The notes beneath the pieces are model-generated. The model ran no database searches and was not told where the DNA came from. It was given only the letters and a program-made list of their open reading frames with translations. Both the position numbers and the translations under genes were made by a program. Shown one piece after another: positions 24,601-39,600 of a stretch of DNA of 64,000 nt (the stretch's first letter is position 1; each line of letters opens with the position of its first letter). Where the stretch lies: positions 1 to 64,000 of the forward strand of contig JAAILG010000289.1 in NCBI GenBank assembly GCA_012026655.1. The letters run 5' to 3'. The stretch is from Hydrolagus affinis (Eukaryota).

Positions 24601-27600
24601 AAAAGTTGAACAAGAAACAAATGTTCACCATGAGCTGAAACTTTTAGAAAGTGCAGGAACCTTATATTTTATAGGCGAACCAAGCCAATTTTCTGTGATA
24701 AAGTCCTTTCTCTTTTTTCAATAGTGCCACAGGCTCATTCAACATCCACCTGAACAGGCAAATAGGTTCTAATCTCATTCAATGACATCCTTTAAATTGA
24801 TCAACCAGGAGAAGCACGAAATTCACCAAACCTATAATGAAAAAAAACTTCCCTAGAGATATGAAGTTCTTTAATTTAATCTAGTTCTACCAGGCTCCAT
24901 TCACGCTGAACGCTAATAACATGGGACGGTTCTTGGATTCTATTTATTTAATAATATTTCCTTCTGGATCCGTTCCAGTACTAGTCACCGATCAGAAAAT
25001 GGTAAACAATTCAGGAAAATTCTTAAGAGAATCATATTGCTTAGCTGTCTGTACAAAAGCTTCAATCATCCCTTCTTGGAACATGACTGTCTGTTCCTCA
25101 TCTTGGTGATCTATATCTTCTCTCTTGAGCTCTATGAATCAATGACTTTGAGTGCCAGCCAAAGGCTCCTTTTTTTCCTGTTTACTATTGCAGACTTGCA
25201 GTAGAAGAGAATCAAAATACAGTTCCAAAGATTCCTTCCAATTTATTTTGAATTCCAGAGACTGAATGAAGTAGCCAGATTGACTCCAACTTGTTTGGAA
25301 TGATTTCTTCACTGGAACTTTTAAGTGTGCTTCCTCATTGAAATGATGCTGACAATTCACACTTCCATTGGTCAAATGAAGGACCAAGTTGGAGCCATCC
25401 ACGAGACGACCAATAATTTTCTGGGTCATACTCTCAGAATTTTTTCTATCCTATGATAGCACAATTTCATTCCAAACTCAATATCTCAAAAGTGGTTTCC
25501 CTCATGCATTTTGTCCACAGGTACATATATCTATTTGAGTGTAGACGCAATGGACAAATGACTTCCTGCGTTTGAAACATTCTATAATTCAAGCCATGCT
25601 ACAAATTTCCTTCTATTTATTTTTAAACAAACGTGGCAAGCAATTATTCATAGAGCTGGTAAAAAAAATATTCAAAATGATTCTATTATTGCAAGAACAA
25701 TATCAAAGCTGGTAAGAAGATAGGACAAGTCAGATCAGAAATATTTCAAGACATTGCATTGATCGGCGACACATTTCCTGCAGCCTCATAAACCTTACAC
25801 AAATAACACAGCAAGTGATGGTTAATATTGCATTGAAATGTTTGTGCACAATGGATACAAGACCTACTCAAAGGAGTTCATCAGGCAGGACAAATCTTGT
25901 GTGTGAAGCTTTGCAAGGTATTTTAGGATGGGCGTATGTAGAATGCTGAGATGATTCAGCAAATGCCGGTGCCCTTCAATATTTCACTCAAGAAGTTATT
26001 CGCACAGTAGAGTCAGGCTATTTGACCCTAGAGCAAATCACTGTGTTTAAATCCAAACTCATTGCAGGAACAGGAGTAGACCAATGAGCCCCTCAAGCCT
26101 GCTCTGCCATTCTTTTACATCACAGCTTTTACCTCAACTCCAATTGCCTGCCTTTGTTCCATATCCCTTGATACCCTGAACTAACAAAACTCTGTTGATC
26201 TCAGTTTGGAAAATTTTAATTTCTCTTAAGTCTCAAGCCTACAGAATTCTCTGCTTCCCTCATTCTACCTTCAATTTACAAGTGTATAGATACCCATTCG
26301 ATGTCAAACTACTCACTCCTCATAATTATTATTATCTTATCTTTTCCACTCTTCACAATTTTGGTGGTGTGCTGCACTCTGGGTTTCTCAGTTTAAAAAA
26401 GAAAGCTGAGGCTGATTATGTCTTCACTGGATACTCTACCCAGCAGGATATATGGGTAGTGATCAGCAAAGTATCTGTGCAGATATTTTCCTTCCTCCTT
26501 TGACTGAGTTCAAGGATGTATTCTGCCTATATTCTCTACTGACTCCAAATACCTCGGCAAAAAACATAGATCAAACCAGGGAATCTTACAGAGCTCTATG
26601 GCTTAGTATCACAGCACATGGTACATACATTGATCTGCTGAATCATTGAAAGAGGAGGTGGACGCTAAAAAATAAATCAGTTTAAAGAAAAAAAGCAATA
26701 AAAGCAATCTCCCACTGGCCTCCGAATCTGCAGCCAACACTGTCACAGACTGTTCTCTGGCATCTTTACTGTATTGCATTGGCATCTGATCTGAGCAGAA
26801 AACGTTTCTCACATTTAACAATGTGAGCATGGCTTCAAGTCTAGAATACAAGATAAAAGATGGTCTGAGAGCGCGGCAGTTCACCCTTTCCTCGCAGAGA
26901 CCGTAAGCAGGTACTTGAACACGACTTCTTAAAGTCTGAGCAAAGTTTTAAATGAGTTTGGAAAATGCGATTAAGGTGAAGTGGTATGAAAGGTGTCGAT
27001 GTAAATTCTTGACAGCTCACTCAGCGATACAGCCGCTTTGTTATCAGATGTGGAACTCAAATGTGTCAAATGGTTAAAGCATTGGAGGTGGTGGGGGGGA
27101 GGGGGAGTGATTTTCAAGTCGACTGCAACTCTTGTAAACTCTAGAAATATGTTGGATTTGGCAATGGGATGATTTAACAGGCTCCAGGCCAATGTCTTCT
27201 CATTGTGGAGACAGACTCTATTACAGCATTTTACCCATTACAGTGCAGCGTCTTATCCCTCCTGAACACTCCACAGCCAAGTACAGTTCTGTGCTCAACA
27301 GAATCCTGACAGTTTTAGCCTCGAGACTCATCTTAAAATTTTTAAATTTAAGATCATTCACAAGTTGCGAAAATTCTTCAAATTTTAGCTTTCATTCAGA
27401 AGTTATTTTCCACGGTTGTTAAGAGGGGAATTTTTTTTTTGGAAAAGACTGAATTGAGGAATATTTTAAAATTCTACACAATGAATGACATTTTAGGATA
27501 ATGGTCTTAAGGCGTAGACCAATAGCAATTTTGGATCACTTGCTTGTTGAAATCAGTCACTGAAAAGTGATCAAGAGTGGGTAACTCTGGACGACTTATT

Positions 27601-30600
27601 TCCTCTCGAGCGCAGTGATGATGAGGGTAGTTACGGCCGCCCTTCAGTTGCTGACTTGGGACTGATTGAATCCATGACCTTTGTAAATCCCAACACATGC
27701 AAGGCAAAAGACAAAATATGAGCTTGTCTGTTACAAGAAGTAAATTTGCCAACACTCTCATGGTAAATTCTTCACTGAACCAAGAAAGGATTCAATTGTG
27801 ACCCTCAGAGACCTGAACTCTTCTGTCTTGTCCGAACATTCCAGCATTAGTTGGCAAAAGCTCTACAACAAATCAAAAGCATCTTTCCTGTAACAAGGTC
27901 TTAATTGAGATATTCCCTCTGAAATTGAGGGCTTGATTGATGGTGAGGCTTTCTCTGTAACATTTGTCTTCATGGTAGGTGTCCTTTCCTTTCTTAAGTA
28001 ACAAAATGCAACCCAAATTTTTTGCAAGGTCACAATACAAACCGTTGTTCCTCACCTAGCTCAAAGATCTGAAGAGGTAACGTGAGGAAGCCAGAGTGGG
28101 GGTTGGGGTTGTTTTGTCCAGGAGCTGTGCACACATCATCTGAAGGCGGCAGAAGAAGGAGAAACGACACATTGTCTCCAAACTCTAAAACCTCCTGACT
28201 GTACAGACGGAACTCTCGAGCCTAGTGAGACAGAGGACAAAAACAGATGAATCACTTTCTGTACCACTTACATCAAACAAGCACGATTAATTATTTCCAG
28301 ATCATTATTTTTGAATGGGTGATTAATTTAGATTCTGGCTTGTGAGTCAGGTGAACTTTAAGTTCCCGTTTCCACCCTAATTTCAAATAAACATGAAAGG
28401 GTTTGTGCTCAGTTAAACTGCTTTATATTCCTTCCACAATCAAATTTCACAACGAAGTAACTGGTTATTCATCTCACTGTTGCTTTTTGTTGGATGCTGG
28501 TGCATGGTACCTGTTGCACTTTTTGTCTCCATAACATCTTCCATTTTATTTCTAATTAGAGGAAAATATCACAGGTCCACATCAGAGCTCTGAGTTAAAT
28601 CGGGAATTTTTTTCTGAGTTATATGCATGAACATGAGGTGAAAAAATACAAGTACAAAATTAGAGAGAGATTGATGTACACATCTCAGTTAAAGAGGCAG
28701 AGACTCAATGCTGCAATAAGGCCAGTCCCTTAGAAATCTACACCACACATCATTTAGAATAATAATAATAATAGTTGAATTTGATATTGCGCCTTATTAA
28801 GTCATCGAGAAGCCTCAAAGCACTTCACAGAATATCATGCAAAGTGGGTTGACTGTATTTTGTGGCTGAATTTGGCAGACAATTTCTACACAGCAATGTC
28901 CAACAAACAGCCATGGAGTGAATGATCAATCTTATTTGACCCATTAGTGCTGGATCTTGCTCCTCCAATGAAACCATCTATCTTAATTCAATAATCCTAA
29001 TTGGTACAGATGTCGGTCGGGCTTTCTTCTTTAAAATGTTATTTTATAAAGTGCTTTGAGGTATTTATTATACATGAAAGATGCTATATAAGTGCGAATG
29101 TCAGTTGTGCAAAGTGCTTTGAGACCTCCTCCTGATTTAAGCCGCTAATGAAATATAAATTCCATTGTATTGTCACCTTCCACAGACAATGCACAACACC
29201 ATCTCTTAGATGCCCAACCCATCAATGTAATTTGCAAAACTACTTCTTCACCTTCAAATGTATTGAAGCCACTTTACTATCACATTAAAATAATAATAAT
29301 TATTATCCCTGTATTTGATATAGCTCTTTTCACATCTTCAAGATATATCTGTAAACAACTGAGCTACTTTTTTTAACCTCATTTTTGTTATGGCCTCTTA
29401 TACATCATAGAAAAGAGAGGAGCAAATAGAACTCCAATCTAGTGAAAAAAATGGCTACCAACAGAAGCATCGTGTGGTGTAAGAAAGCCATTAAAATCAG
29501 GCATTTTCTTTCGTAATGTGAAATATGAGGGTATTATTTTTAGCACAAGAATAAGTAATGTGCGGCAATTCTAGCTTGCAGAACAAGGAACAAATTGTAA
29601 CCGTGACTGTGTCCAGGACCTAGGATAATAATAATAATCCTTGCATCCTTGCATTTGATATAGTGCTTTTCACGTCTTCTAGACGTCTCACAACGCTTCA
29701 CAGAATACACTGTAAAGTAAATTGACTGTATGTTTCTGGGTGAAACGCAGCATCAATCTGGTGAGGCAGTTGGAATAAAGTTGCCGGGCATACCTGGTAG
29801 AGCGGAATTCCGATCTGATTCATCAGTTCTGTAATGGATATGCTGAGTTCTTGCTGAAAGACGTTCTGGGTTCCTTCAGGATTCGGTTCAGCCAGAGTAT
29901 CTTCTTCCAGATCGGTCAGGTTCTGTAACCATTCCCACTCATCTCTGGGGGAGGAAAGAAGAGATGTGTCCATAAAGACAGTCATTAAGTGCACCACATC
30001 TAGGAATAATATTTAGGATAGAACACAGAGGGAACAAATAGCTTGGAGATTTGCTAGGAGTATATAGGATGGCATAACAATTAGAGATACATTATAAGGA
30101 ATAACACTTTAAGGAATTCAGATAACATCAGAAATCACAAGAAAGACATTTGAATGGTTCATTCACATTCAAAATCCACTGCATTGTTTACTGAGATTAA
30201 GGAAAGTATTGTCTTAAATAAGTAGCATTTCCAAAAGATGACTCAGTCCTATTGCAGCTCAGTCCATCACCAAGGCAGGAAGTCCAAGGGCAGCACGTGT
30301 CTCAGATACCTCAATGGCTCATAAAGTCACAACAAGAAAAGTGGTTCTATCCTGGAACCACAATCATTTTCGTGACAACATGTCAAGAAGGAACGACCTT
30401 GTGTTTGTTCTCCATCATGTGTTGAGCACAGATGGATCCACAAAAACCCGCTCATTTAATCTGGGCCAATGAACAAATATGTGAATCAGGACCTGGTGCA
30501 CTGGTGAGGCCTGAAAGACAGAAGTCACACATTTCCTGACATTCCCTCGCTGGAAATGGCACAGCGTCTGTTACCCTCTTAAAATTCACACTTTAAGATG

Positions 30601-33600
30601 GCCTGTTCTCTGATGGCATTCAGCATGCTCCCCAGACAATTGCAACCTCTTACTTGCCAAGGGTGCGATTGAGCTCTGGACAGCTGAGCTAAGGATTTCA
30701 TACTTCCTGGTTATAAATCAGATCTACACTATTCAGGGCTATAAAGTTGCCTGAAGCAATTAGTTACTGCAACACATTACATACGTTACCCACATGGAGT
30801 GTCTGGAAACCCACTGTAAAAAGATCAGTCGGAAATAGCGGACATGCCCAGCATTTGTTTTGCTATTTTGTCGGGTTTCACTGGCTTTCTTCCCTATTTG
30901 CAGCCCACGAACAATAACTTACAAATGACACATTTGCCCAGGATATCAATAAAGATCAATGCTACAAGCTACACATCTCCGAGTTCCCCTTGTATTTGAT
31001 GGTCCTTTTCCATCCTCTCCTGTTACCAGGGAGAGAGTCCGTATTCCATTCCAACAATCTAGCTCTGGAACTTCCATGGGTAGGTGGGATGCACCTAATT
31101 CTCAGTTTGGTCTGGATACTCTTACATGTTTCCCGATGTGTCAGATACCAGGTTGGTTTTAAAAAATATTACCTGGAGATATTGGGATTGCTCCGTATCT
31201 TGAAGTGACAGAGGATATTGGGTAGTTTTTGAGGGACAAGCACTCGGATTTGATCGACGGAGCTGCACAGCTTTAAGTAGCCAAGGTAGAGGCCTGGGGT
31301 CAGAGCCTGGTTGCTTCTCTTGTGGTAGGCCAGCTTTTCCTAAACGCATCCCAAACACAACTTAGATCAACACACCATCTGCAATGGTCTTTCACAGCAA
31401 AAAGGCACGTTGCATAAATAAAACATTCTTTCTAATATTGGTCATGATAATATCCGGCTTTACTTATTGGATCCAGCAGACACAACACCAATACAAAAAA
31501 GTAACCATGGAGATAGAACAGCTGTATTAACCCTCTGAGAGCTGTGGCAGCAAATTCACTTGTCATATTTCTGGCTTTTTTACAATTAGGTGTTTATGTG
31601 CAGCAGCTGGCAAAGCATCAATGCGCTGTGGTTTCACACAGTTCTGCGGATGCAATATTTTGTCACTTGCAATCCTCAAGCAACTATTTCCACTTTTTGT
31701 TTTAAAATGGTGTGTTTGGATGAATTGTGAGAGTCATTTTGTATTGCAAAATCCTGCCAATTGCGAACTGTTCGCGTACATAACAATAAAGCAGTATAGC
31801 ACTCTCAATGAAGGATTTCCTGTGCAGCTTTTCAAATAATAACAATCCTCGCATTTGATAAGGTACCTTACGCAGCATCAAGACGTCTCAAAGCCCTTGC
31901 AAAATATACTGCAGTTTGCAGGCGATTCAAAAATAAAAACAATTCATAGAATCATAGATCACAGAAGGAAGCCATTTAGCCCATCAAGTCTGTGTCAGCT
32001 CTTTGAAAAGAGCTGTTCAAGTCAATCCTGCTCCCGTGCACTCTCCACACAGCCCTGCAAACTTATCCTCCCCAAATAATGATCCACTTCTCTCTTAAAA
32101 GTTGTTATCAAATCCGTTTCCACCACCCTTTGAGGCAAGGCTTTCCAAATCTGAACAACTCGCTGCAGGAAAACATTCTTCTCAGCACCCCTCTGTTTCT
32201 TTCAACAATTATTTTAAATCGGTGTCCTCGGGTTACCAACCCTCCCGCTAGTAGAAATAGTTTCTCCTTCTTCACTATCGAATCTCCTCATAATTTTGAA
32301 AACTTCTATTAGGTCTCCTTTTCACCTTCTCTGCTCCAAGGAGAATAATCCTAGCTTCTTTAGCCTCTCCTAATAACTAAAGTCCCTCATTCGTGTAGCC
32401 ATCCTAGTAAATCTCCTTTGCACCCTCTCCAATACCTTGAGATCCTTCCTCAAATGTGTGCCCAGAAATTAACACAATACTCCAGTTGAGGCCTAGCCAG
32501 TGTTCTCTAAAGGGTCATCAGATCCTGAGTTTTGTATTCTATGCCCGTATTTATAAAGCTTAGCAGCCTGAGTGTTTTTTTTACAGCTTTATTTACCTGT
32601 CCTGCCAACTTCAAAGATTTACTTATATGATCCCCCCCGGTCTTTCTGTTCCTTCACCCTCTTTAAGATTCTACTATCCAGCGTATACTACCTCTCCTCA
32701 TTCTTCCCCCCAAAATGTATCTCTTCGCATTTATCCACATTAAACTTTGTCTGCCACTTGTCTGCCCATTTTACCATTCTGTCTACGTTTGCAGTCTGCT
32801 AGTATCCTCACTGCTTACTACTTTTCCTATCTTTATATCATCTGCAAACTTGGAAAATGTACTCCCATACCCAACTCCAGGTAATTTATATAGACTAAAA
32901 CCAGCAGTGGTCTGAATTCCGACCCTTGGGGGACACCACCGGACACTTCTCACCAGTCAGAAAAACAACCGTTCCCCATCACTCTCTGCTTTCTGTCTCC
33001 CAGCCAGTTCTGTATCAATGCTGCCACTGTCCATTTAATACCAGGGCTTCTATTTTTGCTTACAAGTCTCTTATGTGGCACTTTATCAAACGTCTTTTGA
33101 AAATACATATAAAATATCAACCGCAGTACTTTCATCCATCCTCTCCTTTACTTCATCAAAAAGTTCAGGTTTGTTAGACACAATTTGTCTAAGTAAAAAT
33201 ACATTTTTTCCTGGATTTTAATCTCCAGAAGTTTCCCAACTACTGATGTTAGGCTGTTAACGTTAACCCATACTGAATTTTACCCCTACCAGCTTTTACA
33301 GCAAACTGCATTGGCTCACCATTTTCACACCTAATTTGTAACATGTAACCCATTACAACCATCAGACATACATGGAGTGTCAGGAGTAATGTGTCCAGTG
33401 CCGTGGGTTCTTCTGATGAGGAGAGAGACTTGCGTTGACTTGGTATCTTTGAAAGCGGGATCCATCTGACATTCTCTAAGCTTTGGTGTGAGTGGAGCTC
33501 CCTCAGGGTAATTATCAGCACATTGCCATGCTTATCCTTCATAGGCTCAAAGTATACTTGACCAAGGTCCTGGGTTCCAAGTAGTCCCTAGTGAATGGAG

Positions 33601-36600
33601 ACAAAGTAGGTGTAATAACAGCTGGTGAACCTCACTTACAACAATTTAGCTGTTGTTTTGGAGTGTTACAATTGGCATCCTTCTCTGGGAGGGTGGGGAA
33701 AGGGGCGGGGAGGGAGGGAAAGGGGCAGGGAGGGGTGGGTCAGTTGACTAGCAAACCTCTTGTATGAGGCCCAGCACTTCTGGAACTGAACCCCACTGTG
33801 AACAACAACAACAAAATTACATTTATAGAGCGCCTTTCACATTGGAAGGATGTGCCAAGGCGCTGAGCAGTCAGGTCGGGACCCGAGCAGGGGAGAGGGG
33901 CAGGGTAGGGGGGGGGCGGCAGGAGAGAGTTAGGAGGGCAGCGGAAGGCACGGTCGAAGAGGAGGGTCTTGAGACCGGCCTTGAAGGAGGTGAGGGAGGG
34001 AGCGAGGCGAAGGGACTGTGGGATGGAGATCCAGAGTGTGGAGAGCACAAGGGATGTTACGGTCTTCAAAAATGCTCACCTGAAGCTGAGCGACTGCCAC
34101 AAGCATCTTATGGCGGGCCTGTAGTACGGAGGAACAGGAGGATAAAGAAGGACTCATACACTGGCGTAACCAGCGACTGTCTTCCCACATGCAGGATACC
34201 TGAGTCAAGAGAGAATGGGACAACTTACAAAAACAACAAAATTACATTTGTATAGCGTGTTTCATACCGGGAGGATGTCGCAATGTATCACTAAACAGTG
34301 ACACCAAGAATGCATAGCTTCTCTTTGGGGTCTATCCCACGTCAATCACTAACACTAGTGTTCTTTTATGGGATTTCTCAGTTTTAAGACAAAATAAAAT
34401 GGTCAGCATTGCTATTATTCCATGCACAATACACCTAATGTGCTTTCCAATCTAGCTCTTGTATGCCGAACTGAGTGTTGTTAGTTCAACAACTCTGAGC
34501 CACGCAATGGTGAAACTTAGATTCAATACATTGAAGTTGTGGAGTTAATTTAAATAAATTATTTTATATAAATAAATATGGGTGGCCTTTTTCAAAGGTT
34601 TCTCCCTCTTGAATTATTCAAGCAGATATCACTGACGCCGGGTGAGAGAACCCATTGACGCTGAACAGACTAAATGTGGACATTATTGTACATTTTTGGG
34701 AGGAAATTATGTCTTTATTGAGGTGAGCAAGCTGGAGATTGAAGGATTTACAGAGTTTGAGAGATTCCGTATACCAAGCTCTCTCAGGTCAAGCAGAGGT
34801 CTTTCATGCAAAGTAAAGCTCTGATGGCTCAAATCTCTGGAAAGACACCCAATTGAACCATTTTTACACCAACTGTCCTATCGTCTAAGACTGAGAACAC
34901 CAGTTTGGAGATAAACTAAGAGACATTTTGTGTGGGTACCCTGACCGACTGTGCACTGGGATAAAATTCCTAATCTGATTTTAGTTGTATAAATTCCATA
35001 CATATTCTACATAACACAAACCCTGAATTTCAGACTCAAAGCTAAGTATCTTTTATTGTTGTCTTTACACAGCTTCCACAATCGAGTTTAGGGGCAGAAG
35101 TTACTTTTGAAACAACGGTTTTTCGTTGTCTATAAATTGGCTCACAAGACAAGCTTAAAGATGGATAATTAGCATTGTCATTTCATGTGATGTGCTTTTT
35201 GCATCGCAAGGAGGAAGTTACCACATTAGCAACCTCTGAGATTCAGCAGCACTCTGGTGCGTCTGCAGTGCCTCAAACGTTGAAGCATTTTGTTAAACAC
35301 ACTTCTCCGTGTGTCTAACGTAAGGCAAGCAAAGATCAAGCCTTCTGGCTCCGTGCTCTGTTTGAGGCTAGGCAGTGTTACTACGGTGCACCGGAACAGT
35401 GGGGACAAACTGACCCTGTCCCTTTACCTTGGTAAACCAAAGGAAATCCTGCATCAGTGAGCTTGAGTACGAATCATCCATATCCACCACTGGAATCTGG
35501 TCTTCATGCGTCACCAGGATGTCTTCACCCTTGTAAAATATTGCTGTCAAGTACAGGCCTCTGTAACAAGCAGACCAGAACCACCAGTCTTCAGTACCAC
35601 TCGATTCTCTTAATTGTCACACACATCGGAATAGAAGATGCATTCTTGGGTCATATAACACTTATGTAAAGTTAGACAGACTAGTAATTGCTATGGTTCA
35701 GTTCTACAATGGACAGTTAATGGAAAATATCAACATAAGTGTGTGAAATCATTTTGCTTTAATCTTCCTGCTCACATTCTTCCTATGGCCTGATTGATAA
35801 AGAGATACAGAGTACCCAGTATGTAAATCAGGGCACAGAGACAACAGAGTCTTCAGTGTAACCCAAAAGTTATCTGATCTCAGATTGACAACCTATATTT
35901 ATATAGATTAACAACCTATATCGCTGAAGAACAAAACAGCTAATCATATAGCATGAGACTTGCCCACTTGGAACTGCAATACCCATTAGACCTTTGGCTC
36001 ACAGGGTTTGAGGATATGACAACATCTCCAAATCTTATTGATGAGCTAAATTGGGTGGTAAATCATCAACAAGACCCTGGATTAAAATAGATTTGCTTGC
36101 TTTTTATACCAGAGCAAGTTCGACCTCATTAAATCCCAAACTGTAACTTTCAATCCCATTCCTCGCTGCTTTTCATTGAAAGTCAACCAGATATTTAACA
36201 ACAACAACGATTTATATTGCGACCTCCACGCCGGCGGCATCTCAGTGCGCTTCAAACATTTAGCCAATTTTCCATTGAAGGAGAGCAATCGGCAGAGCAA
36301 CAACTGTTTTTTGTTGGGAACCTGTTTCACATTTCTACTTGTGCTCTATGTAAAATGTTTCTTCTGATCTCCAGGCTTGCTCTTGTCCATTCTGTTTAGT
36401 AATACCAATCGAAAGTGCTCATTTGTGAGCTACAATTCCAGTTGGCATTTCATGTAGTAACTCTGATGATCAAGAAACCCTGTTTAGACATCGACATTGT
36501 CAATGTTATAAGGAACGTCTGTGGAATTTCTCTCTTCGGGATGGAGATTTGGTAGAACACAAACCTGGGACCTTCCTATCTATAGCTCAGTAACACGATC

Positions 36601-39600
36601 ACACCATGTGGCACATTTCCCGAACCACAGAAGTATTTTTTGTAAAAAGTAGAAAATCAGAGGTTCAAAAGATACACAAATAATCCAAATTTATTTCCTC
36701 TTCAGATTGGGGTGCACAAAGCAGCTTACCTTTTGAGATTTTTGACAAATTTACTCGTCGGCTGAAAGAGATGCTTCAAACTCTTGGACATCGAATGCTT
36801 TCGGCCCTGGGGGTGAATTTTGGAATTTTCTAGATAGGCAAAACATATATTTAATTAGCATTTCCTATTACAGATAACCGCAGACCTGACCCTAGCATTT
36901 GAGAGAAAAAGATGAAGTACTGTATTCTCAAGGTTCTCAACAAAAACAGTTGTTGCTAATTTACTCCTTCAATGGAGATAATACTCAGAAGTATTATTAA
37001 GAACAACAACTTGCAGTTGTAAGGCTTCCTCCATGCAGGGTAGTGTCTCAGAGCGCTCTATAAATGTTCTATTAACAGAGAACACTTTCTTGGTCTTTGC
37101 TGTTTGCCAGTGAATAGCAGCATGGAGGCAGACATAAGGTTTTGCGCCCGTAGACTAGGGATTGTGGCAGCGTTCCATCAGAACAAGCTCCACACAACGC
37201 CTTCACTCCTCGGAGCCTCTGTCTAGCACTTGTGAGACATAACACAGAGCACCAGGTGACAAGGAGACGCCAGCAAGTGGCTGACTAGATTATTATGATA
37301 GAAGCAACATGACCCTCAGAAGCCCAGAGATTGGGAGCTTCCAGCTCGATCCAGTGCCTCTCCTGTCAATAGAGCTAGCGAGTCGCTACACTTTAATTAG
37401 CAACCTGATTGGTTTGTTGATAAATTCTGGCTTTTTACAACAAAAGTAGCTTCTGTCTTCAAGGGCAAGTGAAGGTGGTAGGAAAACAAGCGGCTCCTGA
37501 GACACAAGGCGTCTGGTTGTGATTTGCTGTCTTGCTGAGATCCAGTGTACAATGTGGGGACTGTGCTGAAGACTCATTGCTGTGAAACACTGAAATGCTT
37601 GTTAATTTTACTCAGTGCACACTATACACACAAGCATTACTTCTATAGGTTAACATGAATCTAAACCCTTCCCCCTCTCTCCCTCACACACACGTTCTCT
37701 ATCTACAGTACTTTGCTCCCTGCTACATCTCTCTCTCGTCTCTTCCTCTCTTGTACAGTATTACAATTTCTCAGCTTCACTCTGTCCCTCCGAACCTTTG
37801 TCTTCCTTGTTCTGTTTCGCACTTCCGCGCTCTCTTTCTCTCCTCATAATTTCCCCCTCCTCCAACTAAGGGGTTTCAGAACAATTTATGTTATTGAAGC
37901 TCAGTGTTTCAATTTGGATCCGATTGGGACCAAAAGCTATCGTTCCCCCCTCTCATGGCTACTTATACACAGCATTCCCTCCCTCACACCCACACTTTGC
38001 TCTCTCCCTCACACACATATTGCTCTCTCTCGCTCCCTCACAAACACACACACACATCGCTCTCTTCATTTCTCATATCAAACATGGCTTTCTCCCTGCT
38101 CCCCCACCGTACATAGGTGAATAATTCGGCTCTGATTATTGCACTGGCCTTGTTCCCTGCATCTGACTATCAGTTTTTTACCTTTCCTTATTGTGCCTTC
38201 GAGGAGCAGCCTCACATTCCTGCCGCTTTCCTCCCTGCTCAGTGATCCCCATTAGCACTTTGAGAAGCACTTTGAGACATTCACATAAGTGCAAAGTTGT
38301 CATCACTCATTCCTGTCCCCTTCTCTAGGTTTCAGCCCGTTATTGGAGCAAGTGATTAATATCTCCCCCTCCCCCTGAGCTGGTCTGCTGCTCGCACTAA
38401 CCGTGGCAGATGCAATGCTGGTGGGTGTTCCTAATCTGGTTCAGTAGTTGGTCCAGAGCTTCCGTCTGTCCCCTGGCTCTGGATTCTTTGCCAACGCACT
38501 CCCTCCAGTCTGGGAAAAGAAACCAATGGGCAGCTGTTAATATAAGGCGAGTAACTTGACTATAATATTATCATTATCAAATGCAAGGATTATTTACTTA
38601 CTGGATGGTGCTGCAAATGCAGGAGAGGAGTCTTGATAAGGACCCCAGCCTTTCATATTATAGGCTGCTACATGGACATAGTAAGGAACCCCCTGAGTGA
38701 AGAGAAAGTAGATTGGAAATAACCATCTTTTGGAACTTTCATTAATGTTATTTCCCTACCTCTCCTTAGAGGCTCCTCCAGCTACCTTCCAGTATATTGG
38801 CAATTGGTCATTCTTCCTGTGTGGACTTTGACCCATTGAGCCTTTTATAACTTGATGGTCAGGTTCCAACCAGCATCATAACAGGGTGCGATCACAGGTC
38901 AGTGTTTTTGCAATCTGACATCACCAATCACACGATCGTATATTGTTCAACTCTTCTCTCCAAATGAACAAAATATTTACAATATAATTTCTCATGCTTT
39001 AACTCAATATTTACTCACATAGGCTAATCCTACTGGAGCTGTGACTAGGGTTGGAGTACACACATTGTCCTTTATATTCTCTTAGCCTGGGTAAGCATAA
39101 TGCTATGTAGAAACCATTCAAAGCCTTCCAGTAATCTGTTGCTCTATATATAAAACTGCCAGACCTCCTCGATTAGATTCCAGTTCGGCACTCACTTCCC
39201 AAAGAACATTATTCTCACTTTCTGTGAATTCAGTCACGTTCACACTCACTGTCCCCACAAGGAGAATGGCTGAGTGGACTCGCACCAGTGGCAAAGCTGA
39301 CACTGACTGATTCCTGGTCTCCAGAACTGGTCTATTTGACACAACAAGAGAAACAGTCACAAAATGAGGATCTGGTTCAGAGTCGAACCCGCACAGATTA
39401 CCCAGTGTGACCTCCAAGCAGTGTCCATTACTATGTTAGCCTGATGTTTACCCAGCATATGAAGACACAAATCAACAGTGTTTCTCTTGACTGAACAATA
39501 CTCACTCCCACCAGGCTGTGACCCCATTAGCACTGGGGTTGAACCCACAACTGAGAAACCTAATAGCGATGCTACCTGGGGTCATTAATTAACCATAAAA

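Noticed and set aside
33740-34255. Long overlapping ORFs (163 aa plus, 109 aa minus)
   Set aside because: They are the antisense of exon 10 plus a GC-rich L2 3' end, not an independent gene.
36462-36490. CTGATGA...GAAAC hammerhead-like string
   Set aside because: No stem II or stem I can form; likely chance.
37655-38124. Several overlapping plus-strand ORFs
   Set aside because: They arise from CT/CA low-complexity sequence that is depleted of stop codons.
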